This document shows, piece after piece, positions 14,409 through 27,828 of a DNA stretch of 60,274 bases. How positions within the stretch are numbered: position 1 is the stretch's first letter; each line of letters opens with the position of its first letter. The notes below the pieces were generated by a model. The model made no database searches, was not told the origin of the DNA, and worked only from the letters and a program-made list of their open reading frames with translations. Source of the DNA: Chromera velia (taxonomy: Eukaryota); assembly GCA_018398765.1 (NCBI GenBank), contig JAHBMJ010000005.1, positions 1 through 60,274 on the forward strand, written 5' to 3'. The position numbers and the translations under genes were made by a program.

Positions 14409-17400
14409 NTTCGGTTGCAGATCGGGTCTGTGGTCAAACCTTTTCTTTCATGCATTTTCTTTCAAGATATACTCCTGTATGCATATTCGGTTGCAGATCG
14501 GGTCTGTGGTCAAACCTTTTCTTTCATGCATTTTCTTTCAAGATATACTCCTGTATGCATATTCGGTTGCAGATCGGGTCTGTGGTCAAACCTTTTCTTT
14601 CATGCATTTTCTTTCAAGATATACTCCTGTATGCATATTCGGTTGCAGATCGGGTCTGTGGTCAAACCTTTTCTTTCAAGATATACTCCTGTATGCATGT
14701 TCGGTTGCAGATCGGGTCTGTGGTCAAACCTTTTCTTTCATGCATTTTCTTTCAAGATATACTCCTGTATGCATATTCGGTTGCAGATCGGGTCTGTGGT
14801 CAAACCTTTTCTTTCATGCATTTTCTTTCAAGATATACTCCTGTATGCATGTTCGGTTGCAGATCGGGTCTGTGGTCAAACCTTTTCTTTCAAGATATAC
14901 TCCTGTATGCATATTCGGTTGCAGATCGGGTCTGTGGTCAAACGGCTTGACAGCAGCGCTGCAGACTTCAGAAGGAAGAAACAGGCAGTCCGGCGGTATC
15001 TGAAGCAACGGCAACTTCCTCAATCATTGCAGACACGAATACAAAGGTCAGTCAGTGTGTTTGTATAAGAGTGAGACTGCTGATTGGCGGGTTTGTGGAC
15101 TCTCTGTCTGTATTACCTTCCAGCTTTCTTTGCGCCGTCCGACTTGTTGTTTGTTTTTCTTCCTTGTCGGTCCACCCGAAAGATTCTCCCATTTGCTGTT
15201 CTTCGCTCTCGCCTTCTTTTTTGCATGGTGAAATGGGTTCGTTTTTCGTTTTTGTTCGGCTCGTGCAAACCTCAGTGCGAAGGAAGAACTCAGCAAGTAC
15301 TTTGAAGGGCTGCAAGCTCATGTATGTGGGGGCGCAGAATTCGCATTTTCTGGAGCTCGTGTCGCACGCGCACAGCGCGCGCGTGTATGTGTGTGCGTGC
15401 GTTCGCGTGTTTCCTGCTTATCTTTTGGGAAATATATGGGCGCACAAATGGACTTCTTTTTTTTTTTTTTTTCATTTCTGAGTATCTGAATGCATGAGTG
15501 TATTCGTGTGTTCATTCAGATATCTGGAGTTCATGTGGGAGTCTGAAAAGGATTCTTTAGACAACGAGGCAGAGATCCTATCAATGCTCTCACCCCCTCT
15601 GAGGACAGAAGTGATGCTCTACAGGGTCAGCTTGTGCGATGATGCGAGCCTCCTTCTCCCCTCCCGTCAAGTCCTTTCATTCCCTTGCCATGCTGAGGTC
15701 CTTCTTGCGTCTTGTGTCCTTCTTCCTTCACTTTTGTAGCGGCCTTTTGCAGATGCCTCTTCAATATTCAATTCAAGGACTGACTATAGACATTCGGTGG
15801 CTTGATTTGGGGGAAAAGTGACCCTCTCTGTTCGTCTTTTCTTTTTTTCTTTCTGTTGCTCTTCAGGTTGGGGACGTGATCAAGAGCGCCCCCTTCTTCG
15901 CCTCTGTCCCTCGGACCCTCCTCCAGAAGCTCTGTCAGGTGGTGAAGCGAATCACACACGCGCCTGGAGACATTATCTTCCAGGAGGGGGAGACCGCAAC
16001 GTCGATGTATTTTATTATCACAGTCAGTCAGTCAGTCAGTCAGTCAGTCAGTTAGTTAGTCGGTCAGTCCGTGGGTGGGTGTACGTTTGGGAAGCTGGTG
16101 TTGAATCGAGAGTTTCCGTTGGAGTTTTGAACCCTTGGGATTCCTTAAGGGGCAGGCCAAGCAAGAGTCTCCCCGTTGATCTTACACAGGAGGTCGTGGT
16201 CTTTTGGATTTGTTTTTCTGTCGGTTGAAATCCACAAACGTTGTGCCCCTGTCCCCATGCAACTGTCGCTGCCTGTCTGCAGGGGCGAGTGAAGTTCATT
16301 TCAAAAAGAAACAGTGCATGCATTTTCTTTCATACATTTTCTTTCATCAAAAAAATTCTATCTGAAAGAAAATGTCTGTCTGCAGGGGCGAGTAAAGCTG
16401 ATTTCAAAAAGAAACAGGGAGGCCACGATTGGATACCTTGAACAGGGCTCGTGCTTTGGGGAGATTGCGCTGTTCCTTGCAACAACAAGAACGGCAACCG
16501 TCAAGTCAGCCTTTCTTTGTGCAACGATCGAGGCAGGCGCACATTCGTGTCTAGCTTCCTTCCCATTCCTCCACCTCTCAGCAAGCTTTCTCTGCTCGCT
16601 TCCTCCCCTCCCCTTCTCTCTGTCTCTCTCTCTATTTCGTTTTCGTACCCAAATCATCTCTGCCCTCCCTCATTGAATACAGAAGGAAAGTCTTCTTTCC
16701 TTCCTTCACATGCGATCTAGATTGAGGATGTCGTGGAGGCATGCAAGAGCTATCGTCCTGTCTGTCGCGTAAGAAGAGAGTCAAATAAGTTGATCCAAAT
16801 AGAGTTCTATTTGTTCATCACTCCGTCGCCCCCTGTGCACTACTTGATATAAATCCATCCATCCATCTATCCATCCGTCCTTTCCTGTGTATGCATTCCT
16901 TAATTCTTTTTTATGCTTTTCTTTCTTTATTCTGCAGGTGCCTGACGTTTGTGGACACCGTCGTTCTCTCAAGGGAGTCGTTGGTGGATGTGCTCTCGAT
17001 GTACCCTCGGTACAGGTGGGTGCGGCTAATTAAAAAATGTATGTATTAGAAAATGTATGTAAAGAAAGAGCATGTATGAAAAAGAAATCTGTATGAAAAT
17101 GGTGGATGTGCTCTCGATGTACCCCCGGTACAGGTGGGTGGGTACATGGGTGCATGGGCGCCCAGATCAGGAGAGAGAAAAGAGTGAGAGAGATTGCCAT
17201 GTTGATGTTCTCAACATTTAGTCTCTCATTGTACAGTGTACCCCTAGATTCTGGAAAATAAAAAGGGGGGGGGAATCTTAAACAGCACAATTAATGAAGT
17301 GAGTGAACACTATGGATGGATGCGTGCATGCTTATCTGTTTGTGCAGGGAGAAGTACGAGCAGCTCCGAGAGGAAATCTTGGCAGGCAACTTGGAAGGCC

Positions 17401-18103
17401 TCCAGCTGGTCTGTCTGCACTGCGGAGAACCGGGTCATCTCCCCGATCTATGTCCTCGTCTTACGGTGGCGGCTGCTGTCTCCAGAGCCTTCACAAGTCC
17501 GTACCCCAAAAGAACACATGCAGCTGTAGTGAGAGAGACTTTCTTGTTTTTGTTTTGAGAGACAGACTCGGTTCAATCAGATTCGCACAAAGGGAGTGGA
17601 TGGGGGTGATTGATGCATGGGGAAAGAGGGAAAGCGACCCTTGTGAGGGACAGAGTCCATGAGAGCATTAGGGACAGGGTCTGTGAGACAAAGAAACAAA
17701 AGAGCAGGAAAGGCATACTGAGAGCAGAAGAGGACAAACAGAAAAGACTATCTCACAGAAAAAATGCAGGATTGATTGATTGATTGATTCGTCGTTTTCA
17801 CACTTTGACTCTCTAGCTTCCTGTTTCGCATTCTCATGTCTGCGTCTATGTCGGCATGTGTCTGCCTGAAGCATTTCCTTTTCGACATTCACGTTCCAGG
17901 GATGCGTTCCGACTTTTTCCTCCTTAGCATTTTCTTTGGTGGTGCCTCCGTGTGCTTGCAGATTATGCAGAAAACGCATGCACTGGAGGCTTTTTTCTAC
18001 GAAACAAAGGAAAGCTAAGCACATAGATGTGTGTACGTATGCGCACCTGCATCTTTGCGTATGTTTATGTTTATGCATGTCGGTATGCATGTGTACGCGT
18101 ATT

Positions 18104-18140
<37 letters not shown>

Positions 18141-18259
18141 TCGTGTATGTGTGTGCAGAGAACGAACTAGACAGGCTGAACCTGAACGAAGGGGAAGACG
18201 GGTACATCACCTTCCATGGAGGGGCGGGGAAAGTGACGGTGCCGGAGAAGGCATGGAAC

Positions 18260-18299
<40 letters not shown>

Positions 18300-20347
18300 G
18301 AGTCAGTGGTCTCTCTCTCTTCCTTCCTGTTGTATGCGTGTGTCATCGTCATCACATCTTCTTGAACTCCTGTTTCTTGCATGCGTCAGCTGTCGTTCAC
18401 GTGCACTATAACCCTGAGGCAGTCTTATTCTCAACCATGCTCTATACTTTGTATATTTCTGGGAGCAAACAGGTCCTCACAAAGAGAGACACTGACTGCC
18501 GATGTGTCGATACTCAGTTGTTTTCCCTATAAGTCAAGTCTCTGATTAATCGTTGGTTTGTTTCTCTTTCACCATCTGCCTGTACGTGCAGTTCCTGTCT
18601 TCCATCCGTCTCCCTTCCGCAACGTTGTCTGCTTACTACATCGAATCATACGATGATGATGCAAGTGCCATTTCATGCCTTCCTTGCAGGGTATTTGAGG
18701 ATTGGAAGATGAGGGCAGACAACAACAGAGTCGTCCAGAGACTTCTCAAAAGCGTCAGTCAGATAGTCACACAGACAGAGAGACAGATAAACAGGTGGTC
18801 GCATCATCGTGTCGCAGTGACTTTCAGGTTGTTGGGTTTCCTTCAGTCCCCTTCAGCCAGCTATCCGTCCCTGTTTCTCAAAGGCAGGCCACCACCTCCC
18901 TCGCTATCGACAGCGAACGCTTTTTGTTGATTCCAGAGGAAACGATTGCACCCATTCACTCTCCTTATCTATCTGAGTTGCCTTGAACTCTCTAATCCTT
19001 GCTTTCTTGCAGGTTCGCCAGCGCCGGGCCCAACGCGAGGAAGAGCAGCACCTTGCGATTGAGGCCGCGGGTGCGGGCGCCATCCCGTTGCCAGAGACTG
19101 TGAACAGCTTCAGTCCGGCCGACGCACCCCCGGAGGGGCTCCAGACAGAGGGGGGGGGGGAGGGGGAAAAGGAAAAGGAAAAGGAGGAGCAGCCAGTCTC
19201 CTCATGTGCGCCTGTGCTGAGTGACTCCTCCGCTCCCCTTCCGATATTCTTCCCAGTGGGGGGGAATGGAAGGGGAAGGAGAGCCCCTCCTATTCCGATC
19301 CCCCTCTCTCCGTACTTGTACAGGGACTATGCAGGGGCGCCTCCTGTGGACAGCAGAGACAACTTGAAGAATGAAGTTGAAGAAGAGGAACAGAATGTGC
19401 ATGGAGAGGGGGGCATGGGGAGAGACAGAGAGTCGAGAGGGGCACTCAGTGGGGGAGCTGAGGAAGAGGAAGGAGGTGTGGGTTTGGGTGATTACTCTTC
19501 TCCTTCTTCTGCCGCTGCCGTCTCTCTTTCTCGACATCGAGGGGTAGGCGCCCTTCGGAACCAGGGGGGGGAGAGGGAACGGGAGAAGAGGAACACAGGA
19601 TTGTTGTGGAAGTCAGACAGAGACATGGAACGGCAGACAGAGGGAGTGGGAGAAGCATCAATAGAGACAGGGTCAAGAAGACAAGACAGAAATACGTTAT
19701 TTGCCGAAAACACCCCCTTACATGACCCCCGGAGGTCCCATGAAGGACAGGTCGAGGCATCCTGCCCAGACCCAAGGCAGTTTCCGTCTCTTTCTGTTGA
19801 AATGTCGTCGAAAGAAGGGCGGAGAGAGACACAGGATCAAAATGCGTGCGTCAATTTAGCTTCTTCCTGCTCTTCTTGTTCCTTATCAGCAACCAAAACG
19901 CTAATTGATAAGAAGAACGGATTTGACGGAGAGAGATCGATGCAGGAAGTGAGAGGACCGGAAAGGGAGGAAGAAGTAGATCTGTTGGAAAACGGGGCGG
20001 GCGGGGGAGTGAATTTGATTTCATCATCTTTTTCTTCTTCTGACTGGAGAGACAAGGAGCCCATTCCACCCTCTGTCTCTTCTCCTTCCCCTTCTTCTTC
20101 TTCTGTTCCTGTGGAAGCCCCAGGGCCAGCAGAGATCTCCCGGGGTGGTGGAAAAGACAGTAGGGGTAAAGGAGAAGAGAAGACGACAGAACAACGCGAA
20201 GGTGAGATAAACCTAGAGAGGTCCTCGTGTCTGTCTCTTCTGTCGGGGGGAGAGGAAAGGAACCCGGAAGGGAGAGGGGAAGGGAGAGGAAATTTAAAGC
20301 CTGGAGAACGGAGGTATGCGGAGAGTAGGGAGAGAGGCAGGGAGTGA
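12464..20347 (+). CDS. Cyclic nucleotide-binding-domain voltage-gated K+ channel (EAG/HCN/CNG-like), about 14 exons; 5' end probably extends upstream (possible exons around 11700-12414)
   Basis: S1-S4 with RIIRIARIMRVLRLLRVLK, AHWIGC, pore YWSITTMTT|VGYGD, C-linker, CNBD (PGDIIFQEGE, FGEIAL, RTATV), CLHCGEPGHLPDLC knuckle, long low-complexity last exon 19013-20347. Confidence 0.9.
14410..14943 (+). repeat. Tandem array: 8 copies of the 3' splice site plus exon start (ttgcag|ATCGGGTCTGTGGTCAAAC), units of 76/62 bp
   Basis: gcagatcggg at 14417, 14493, 14569, 14645, 14707, 14783, 14859 and 14921; only the last continues into coding sequence (IGSVVKRLDSS). Confidence 0.9.
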
Positions 20348-21603
20348 TCTGATCGTGCATGCCATGCATCGGTGTTCTTTCCAGAATGGGGGGGGGGGGG
20401 TTCGCTCTTCGTTTCGTTCGTTCGTTTGGATTGAATGCATGCAGAGAGATGATCGAGAGAGAGATTTTTCATACATCCATCTGTCGTGCTTCGGAATACT
20501 TGGGGTGAATTTAGGTCCCTGTTTTTTTTTTTCTTTCTTTCCTTCCTTCCTTCTTTCTTTCTTTCCTTCCTTCCTTCCTTCCTTCCTTCTTTCTTTCTTT
20601 CTTTCTTTCTTTCTTTCCTTCCTTCCTTCCTTCCTTCTTTCTTTCTTTCTTTCTTTCTTTCTTTCCCCTTTGCCCTTCTGTGTTTCCCTCTCTCTATCAT
20701 AACACAGCAGTATTTTTTTGCGTAGCCTGTTGTCTCCTCTCCTCTCTCCTTGTCTCTCCTGGTCCGTGTCTTTCTGTCTTTCCATTCATGCCTTCATACA
20801 GTAAAGTAGTCGGCAAGAAGATAGAGAGACAGCGCAGCAAAGGAGTCAATCAGTCAATTAGACCCGACAGGGGGAAGCAAGGAAAGGAAAAGAGAAGCGT
20901 CAGTCAGCCAAGTGTGCGGCTGCATGTCTCTCTGCTTCGATCATTCCCTCCCTCCTTCCATTCCGCCGATTGTTTCTTTCTTTCTTTCTTTTTTGTACAT
21001 TCCACTCGACAAACGGCGGAGGGTGAAACGAAAAGAAAAGCACGAGAGAGCGCTCACCCTCACCGCAGGAGCACGAAAGGGTTGAGCGACATGAAGAGAA
21101 GAGGAAATTCGACAACAAGTACAGTATGCAATCAAAAATGCGGAAAAAAAGACATCTGAGGCGGCCAGCGGGGGAACGTCATTTCAAATTTAATTCGCAG
21201 CCTTGAATGACGTGTCTCCCTCTCCCTTCTTTTCTTTTCTTTTTTCGCTCTTGGCTGGACCTTCCCTCTGTCCATCTCCAGAAAAGAATAAAGAATCGCC
21301 TTAGTCTGTGCCGACTTTCCTTCCCTTTCCCCCTTCCTTCCTTCCTGTATCCATTGCAAGGAAGGTCGTTGCAATCCGGGTAGGTCCAGATCCATGCAGC
21401 TGTTTGCTTGCTTGCTTGCCTGCCTACCTGCCTGCCTGCCTGCCTGGCTCCGGAGCTTTTTGTTCAACAAAGAGCTGACTCATCAATGACTTCTTTCAAA
21501 CTGGTTGACCAGCTGCTCAGCTGACAAAGACAGATAGATAGACATACAAACAAACAGACAGAAAGACAAACAGACAGATAGACATGCAAACAGACAGACA
21601 GAA

Positions 21604-21634
<31 letters not shown>

Positions 21635-23962
21635 TAGAATGACTGACAGACAGACGGATGGTCGTACGCGCAATCTCCCTGAAGGTGCCTGCAGGCAGAA
21701 TTGGTGCATCACCCTCACCCTCCCCACTTTGACATCAAATTCATTCGATCCAACGAATTAACGGGACACTGCAGCTAAGGGAGCTGAACAAAGGCCGGAG
21801 GGAAGGAGAGACAAATGGATGAAAGAGGGGAGGTCGGCAAGGAGGACAGAATCTTATAGAGGGTTTACTGGCTGGAGTCAAGCGAGAATTGAATTGAGAT
21901 GGCAATGTCAGTGGCGTGCAGTCAATTAATGACTAAATCTTGAATGTTGTTCTGCTATCTAAAATTAAGGCGATTAACAAAAAAATTAAGTCCAGTTAGG
22001 TTTATTTTAAAAAGTATTGTTATTACTAGTGTTGTTAGTAACTTGTTACCCTCGGAACTTAATTACCCATTATCATTTTCAATTTAAGCAATCATAGTAG
22101 TATTTTGTTACATGTGCTGAATTTGACTGCATTTCAAATAAAGGAGTGAAGGCTGCGCCGTTTACCTCGACCGACATCGTTAGACTGTCAGAGATCGATT
22201 CAAGTTGGGATGTAGCCTAGCCAGCAGAAGCCCAACTTGCCTAAGTCTAACTAGAAATGTGGTGCTGCACTGGTACCAGTGGGATGAATACTTGAACAAA
22301 TGTTACAAGTACTGCGCTACTACTAGTAGACTATTCATAGGCCGATGCCGATCTAGATACCGATAGTGTCTTCTTAAATTGTCTTTTTAAATCCTCTGCA
22401 AACACGCGCCCTCTTCTGAGAGCGATGACGGGTGGTTACGTGTAGCGTGGGGAGATGTGGAGAGCTAGAAAAGACCTGCTCATCTTGCTCTGGCAGAAAG
22501 GTTTGTGATGAGATCCACCTGCTTATGGAATGTGCGCTCACAGAGAGAGAGAGACAGAATTTAGCTTGACAGAATTATCAGCAGAATAAAAGAGCACACG
22601 CCCATTGAGAAACGGGTAGAAGTTGCACAATGGGTAGCTGCCTCAACTGGTAGAGGAGTGGGGGACAATGAGAAGAAAGTCCGAGAGATGATTGCTCTTA
22701 TATCGTTGTTCCAGCCTTTGGCAGGCATGAGGGCAGTTAAGGAGTGTATAGCCAAATTTGAGTGAGTTCATGTTGCCATGTATTAATAACTCACTCCGGA
22801 ACAAGCAGCGGATATGCTAAAAGGACAACCACAGAGCAAGCAGAGGAAGTAAAACACCCATAATGACCTCGGAGCTTCAACCAACTGAGGAGACGCCTGC
22901 GAGCTGGGCTCTCTATCCCACACAGATCCAGAACCATGGTAAACACGGCCAGCGTGCCCGTGCCAGCCTTCCAGGTTTCCCCCTTCCTTCAATGTTAACC
23001 AGACAAGCCACACTCACGGACGCAGCCAGTTTTTGAAAAGGCAGTGCTGTGTAGAAGAAGAAAATCGGAGGAGATGACGAAAATCTGAGGGCATGACTCG
23101 ATGGGGGTTTTCTACCTGGGTCAGGACGGCAAGCTAGTCACAGGTATACACACGCCATAGAGCACTTCGAGACGGCTGTGATGGCGTAAGTTTCCCAGTA
23201 TACGAACACCAGTCGGGGAAAAGCAAAGAAAATAAAGAAAAAGAGAAAAAGAGAGAGATGGGATAGAAGAAAGCGGGTAGCTTGGCTCTCCCGGGTCACT
23301 TTTTAATCCTACAGACCAGCGTTTAAAGCCGACCTTTTCTCATAGTTTAGGACAAGCCCCTTTTGAGGTGCTAGGAGTCATTTGTCATGTTTTTGCCTAT
23401 GCTTTCTCCTTTGCGGGAGGGCTGCCAAGCTTATCTCTTGCCAAACGTTGGAAGCCTCAAAGGCTAGGCCACTAGTCTAGGTAGACAACGATGGCGTATG
23501 ATGATGATGATGATAAATGAATCAATGCGCTAGTAGGTTAACAAACCAACATTGTACTGCCATGTCATGCCCCATGGTTGGACAGAGCCTAACTAGGAGC
23601 CTAAGTAGTGGTTTACCGGCTTTAACCACCTCAATTCAATTCAATTCATTCAATTCAGTGTAGAATGATCATGATAATGACGAATCGTGAATCTTGCCAC
23701 TTTTTAGGCAATCTTATAGTAATATAACATACCGTGACTGTTTCAGTAGGCTATATATAGCAAAGTGGTGTTGAAGCTATTACGGATGCAAGGCTAGATG
23801 CAAGGTCACACACAACATGCCTTGTAACACGCACCGAGTCTCACAGGATGCCTGAGGAGCGCAGGGCGACCCAACACAAAATTCGTTAATTCTCATAAAT
23901 TCTCATCCCGTCCAATCGATCCGAGTCAGCATCCATCCATGCAATTAAATTAACTAAGTTAA

Positions 23963-26900
23963 TTAAAACATGCATGAGCGACTTCTCGGACGTCCCTCAC
24001 TTGGAATGCCACAAGGAATGCCGGTCCTTTTCTTGCACACCTCCGTTTCCTCCCTCAGTCTGTTCATCTCAAGACGCTCTGCCCGTTCCTCCTCGGTCTC
24101 TGCCAGACAATCTTCACAGTCGGCCCCACAAGCGCAACACCTCACGCACAAACAGTCATCCCATTCCACCCCCTCCGACACAAGCGCTGCCCGCCGCAGC
24201 AGCCTCTTTTGTCCCTCCCACTCCCCCCCCCTGTCAGTGACCCCCCCCTGAAGGTCCAACCCCAAACAAACGGACCCCGTGCCCCCACCAACCTCGAGGC
24301 ATTGCGACATATTCCAAGTCAAACCCCCCGACACCCCAAACTCCGCATAAATTCTCAATGCAAGGCGCTGCATGCCAAACAAGACTGCCTGAAAGAGGCA
24401 AAAGTCCTCTGTCTCTTCTTCTTCCACACAGAAGCTATCACTCTGCAGAGAAAGTGCCTTCGCTTCCCCCCTCTCCAACACAACGAGAGGACCACCCTGA
24501 GCCACGTGAAACTCTGTGTACGCATCAATAAACCCAGAGACTAAATCCCCAAGACACTCTCCCGTCTCCTTCCGTGCCGCCTCACTGCACAGCCCCAATG
24601 CCTCAACAAAATTCATTCCCCCCCCTTTCCCTGTCTCGCTCTCCCCACACCCCTCACAAACCAACAGAGAACAGAGACGAAAGAATTCCACTGGACAATG
24701 AAAACGAATGTCCAGCCTCTCCTGCCGCTTTTCCTCTGTTTCGAAGGTCGAAGATTCACCTGCCTTCTCATATTCTTCAAACCTTTCCTTTAACATTTTC
24801 ATCACCTTCAAAGGTGACCAGGGAGCGCCTAGAGGCAGAGAATGCACACAACGGACCCAACACGCAGACACGCACCTGACTCCCTCCACCACACTCTCAC
24901 CGGAGGGCTGCAGGGAGGGGAATGTCCGTCCGATCTTTCTAAATATCCTCTCCACCCGCTTCTCCCACATTTCAATCACACCCTCGTCTGCCTTCTGGCA
25001 CCAATCTCTCACCAACTCACCACAAGGACGCTCAAAGAATTTATCCGAAGGCCGAAGCCCCTTTGAGAGCAGTCTGTCTACCAGACTCTCAACCACCTCT
25101 GTGCCCCTCTCTCCAAACCACCCGGAACCACCAAAAGCCTTCTCGAACAAATCTGATGGGGGATTCAGACCAGCCGGACAATCCAACAGGGCAATCACCA
25201 CCTCCATTCCTGCCATTAATTTCAGACGCAAAGGTCCATCCAACATCCTCAGGTCCGGCCTAGAGGCGTTGCATGTCCATTCTGTTCACAATCCGCAAGA
25301 GCCAATTCATGCACTGCTCTAACTGCCCTGTCAATAGACCAATCCTCACATCCCATTCCTATCTGCACAACCTGGCAGTAGTCTCTCTGATCAACCCTTA
25401 ACCTCTCACGCGCCCCCCCCTTCCTTGTCATCCATCTGAAAACCTCAAAATGACCTTCAAACAAAGCGTCTAGAGCTGCACTGTTCTCCATGTAAATGCT
25501 TATGTCCTCTGTCTGGATCTGCCATCGAAACTTCAGCCTCCGTCTAGGAAGCTCATCTCTTCCTCTCACAGGCACGCCCAGTCTCTCAATGAGCGGAGCA
25601 CACACCACCTGCGCGTTCCCACCCTTCCCTTCCTCATTCTCACTCTCCGACTCCGACTCTGACAGAGGCAAAGACTCTGTGCCTAAGTCTGCCCCCACAA
25701 CAGGCCTTCTGTCTGTAACAGAATCAGAGGAAGAGGAAGAAAAAGAAGAAGCTGGAGGAGGAAGAGAAGGAGGAGGGATAGAACGGGAGGGGGGGCGTGA
25801 AGGCAAAGCTGCAAGTTCTGGTGTCTCTGAGGAAGAAAGCTCAAGCCGGGCCCACTTGATCACCGGCAGATGCCCCCCCCTTGCTGCTGCCTGACACACA
25901 CCCCCACAGTGATCCCACGCAACCCTCAACAGCACCCCCTCCTCATCCACTTCCACGCCGCCACCCTCCTCTGCCAACTCTTCACGCATCCTTCTTAGAC
26001 TCACGTGGAATGTGCGGACTATCCTTTCTCGGGTTGAAGAACGCCGCTGTGGTTGACGCTCACTTTCGTTTTCTTCTGTGCCTCCCTCTCCCTCTCCCTC
26101 CTCCTCCGCCTCCTCTTCTTCCTCTGTCGCCTGTTGATTCTGAGCCTCTCTCTCCCTTTCTCTTTCCCTTTCCCTTTGTCTCTGTCGGAGTATGTCCTTC
26201 AGAGCTTTGAGGTACCTTCTCTCCTCTCTGAGGAGTTCGGGCAGACAGCCGTGCAGGGCAAGGTGATTCCATATCTCAGAAGGGTTGCTAGAACTCTTTC
26301 TGAGCGGGAAACGAAGAAGCCTGTAGGGAAGGGGACCGTCTTTTTGGGATTTGAGACGGTCCCTGAGGTCAAAACTAAGGGAGGACACCGACGCACCGGC
26401 GCGACGGTGGAGCCATAGAATCATTCGGAATGGGTCGGGAGAAAAGGCGGCTGCATTCACGAGATGACGGTCAATCATGTGGGAGCTGCAGGGGAATTGC
26501 ATTCTCAAAAATTCCAAAACCGGTTCATTGGCACTCAGCAGTGCAGCTGCGTACATTCCTTTTTTGAAACTTCGTCCACAAATCATACGCCAAAAGTTTC
26601 CCCCCCCCTCTTTGTGGCCTCACAAACTCCCGGTACGGATCTCTATTATACCACCCCCACCCGTTTCTTGCCTCTTCGTTTTCTTTGGGGGGAGTGGGAA
26701 AGGGATCTTCGATATTAAAATCTTTGGGGAGAAGGTCCAGGAGACGGGAGACGGCAGGAGGGTCCCCAACCTTGCAGGCACGACAGATGAGGTCCTGAAG
26801 AGTCACACAGGTCATGGCAGGGCCCCCCTTTTCTGGATCAGATGGGACATATGGGTAAGTGCCTTGAGAGTGTTTGAACGGCTCTGTGCGCATTCGGGCG

Positions 26901-27151
26901 GGGTCTGCCCACTGCACCAGCGAGGGGGACTCGAAGAGAATTTCGACGTTCGTCTGCATATCTGCACTTGTGCAGACAGAGTGCGCGAATTCTCTGCAGA
27001 GGGAGCGAAGAATCACATCGCGCCGCCAGCCGAGAAAGTCCAAAACCCCCTCTTCCCATATTTCTGGATTGTCTAGAGCCAAAGAGGCCAGCGAAATTCT
27101 CATTCCCATATTCATCCAGAGCGACGAGGACGACGCCGTCTCCAGAGTCAT
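23963..27151 (-). pseudogene. Ankyrin-repeat-like protein split over three ORFs by two frameshifts (pseudogene or assembly indels)
   Basis: ORFs 27151-26525, 26586-25249 and 25246-23963 are collinear; ankyrin-like VCQAAARGGHLPVIKWAR and ALFEGHFEVFRWM; first shift at a C run (26600-26608), second near 25250-25300. Confidence 0.6.
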
Positions 27152-27828
27152 TGACCGGAATTCTCCTCCTTCCTGCTTCAAGCCTGTTTTATTAGTGTCA
27201 GAATACTGAGAATAGTGGATTCAAGGCATTTCAGAAGAACTCCGCGTGTGCCACCAAACCTTTAATCATCAAAAGTGTGCCAGTATGTGCCAGTGTGGAA
27301 TGTGTCAGCAGTGACTCAGCACGAGAGTCTCGGACTTAGCTCGGCAACCGCTCGGGAGTGGCTGCCGTCGGCTGGGCAGCGATTTTTGTTGCCTCGACTC
27401 GGCCCTCGAGTCACGTGTTGCTTTGTTGCGCGTGAATGTTGCAGAATTGCATGCGTTGTCAACAAAAATCAGTCTGACGCGCCTCGGATGGCAAAGCCGC
27501 AACTCCGTGTGCCGCTCTCATTCCGGCCATGCAGCTGAATGTGGAATTAAGAGCGTGTAACGCCGTGACACACAAGTGATTTTTGTTGACCTCGCGCATG
27601 CACTACACTTTCACAGAGACGCGCCGTCTCCGTGTTTTCGCCCGAAATATTTTGACTCTCGCAACACAGAGGCCGCACCGTGATTCTCAACCTGGTTGAC
27701 GGGAACTGAAACGCACCCCTCCCTGGCACACCTTACGGTTCCTAAATTATTCTTTCGTGATTCGAAACTTCAGAAGTGGCTGACTGCCTTTACTTCTTTT
27801 CAAAGCTCATCCCCACTCCAATTTCGAA

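Noticed and set aside
14410..14943. CRISPR-like appearance of the tandem arrays (also 42136 and 47801)
   Set aside because: Spacers are identical rather than unique, the context is eukaryotic introns, and no cas genes are present
25246..25251. TGA readthrough joining the two ankyrin-like ORFs
   Set aside because: The ORFs are in different frames, so this is a frameshift, not readthrough
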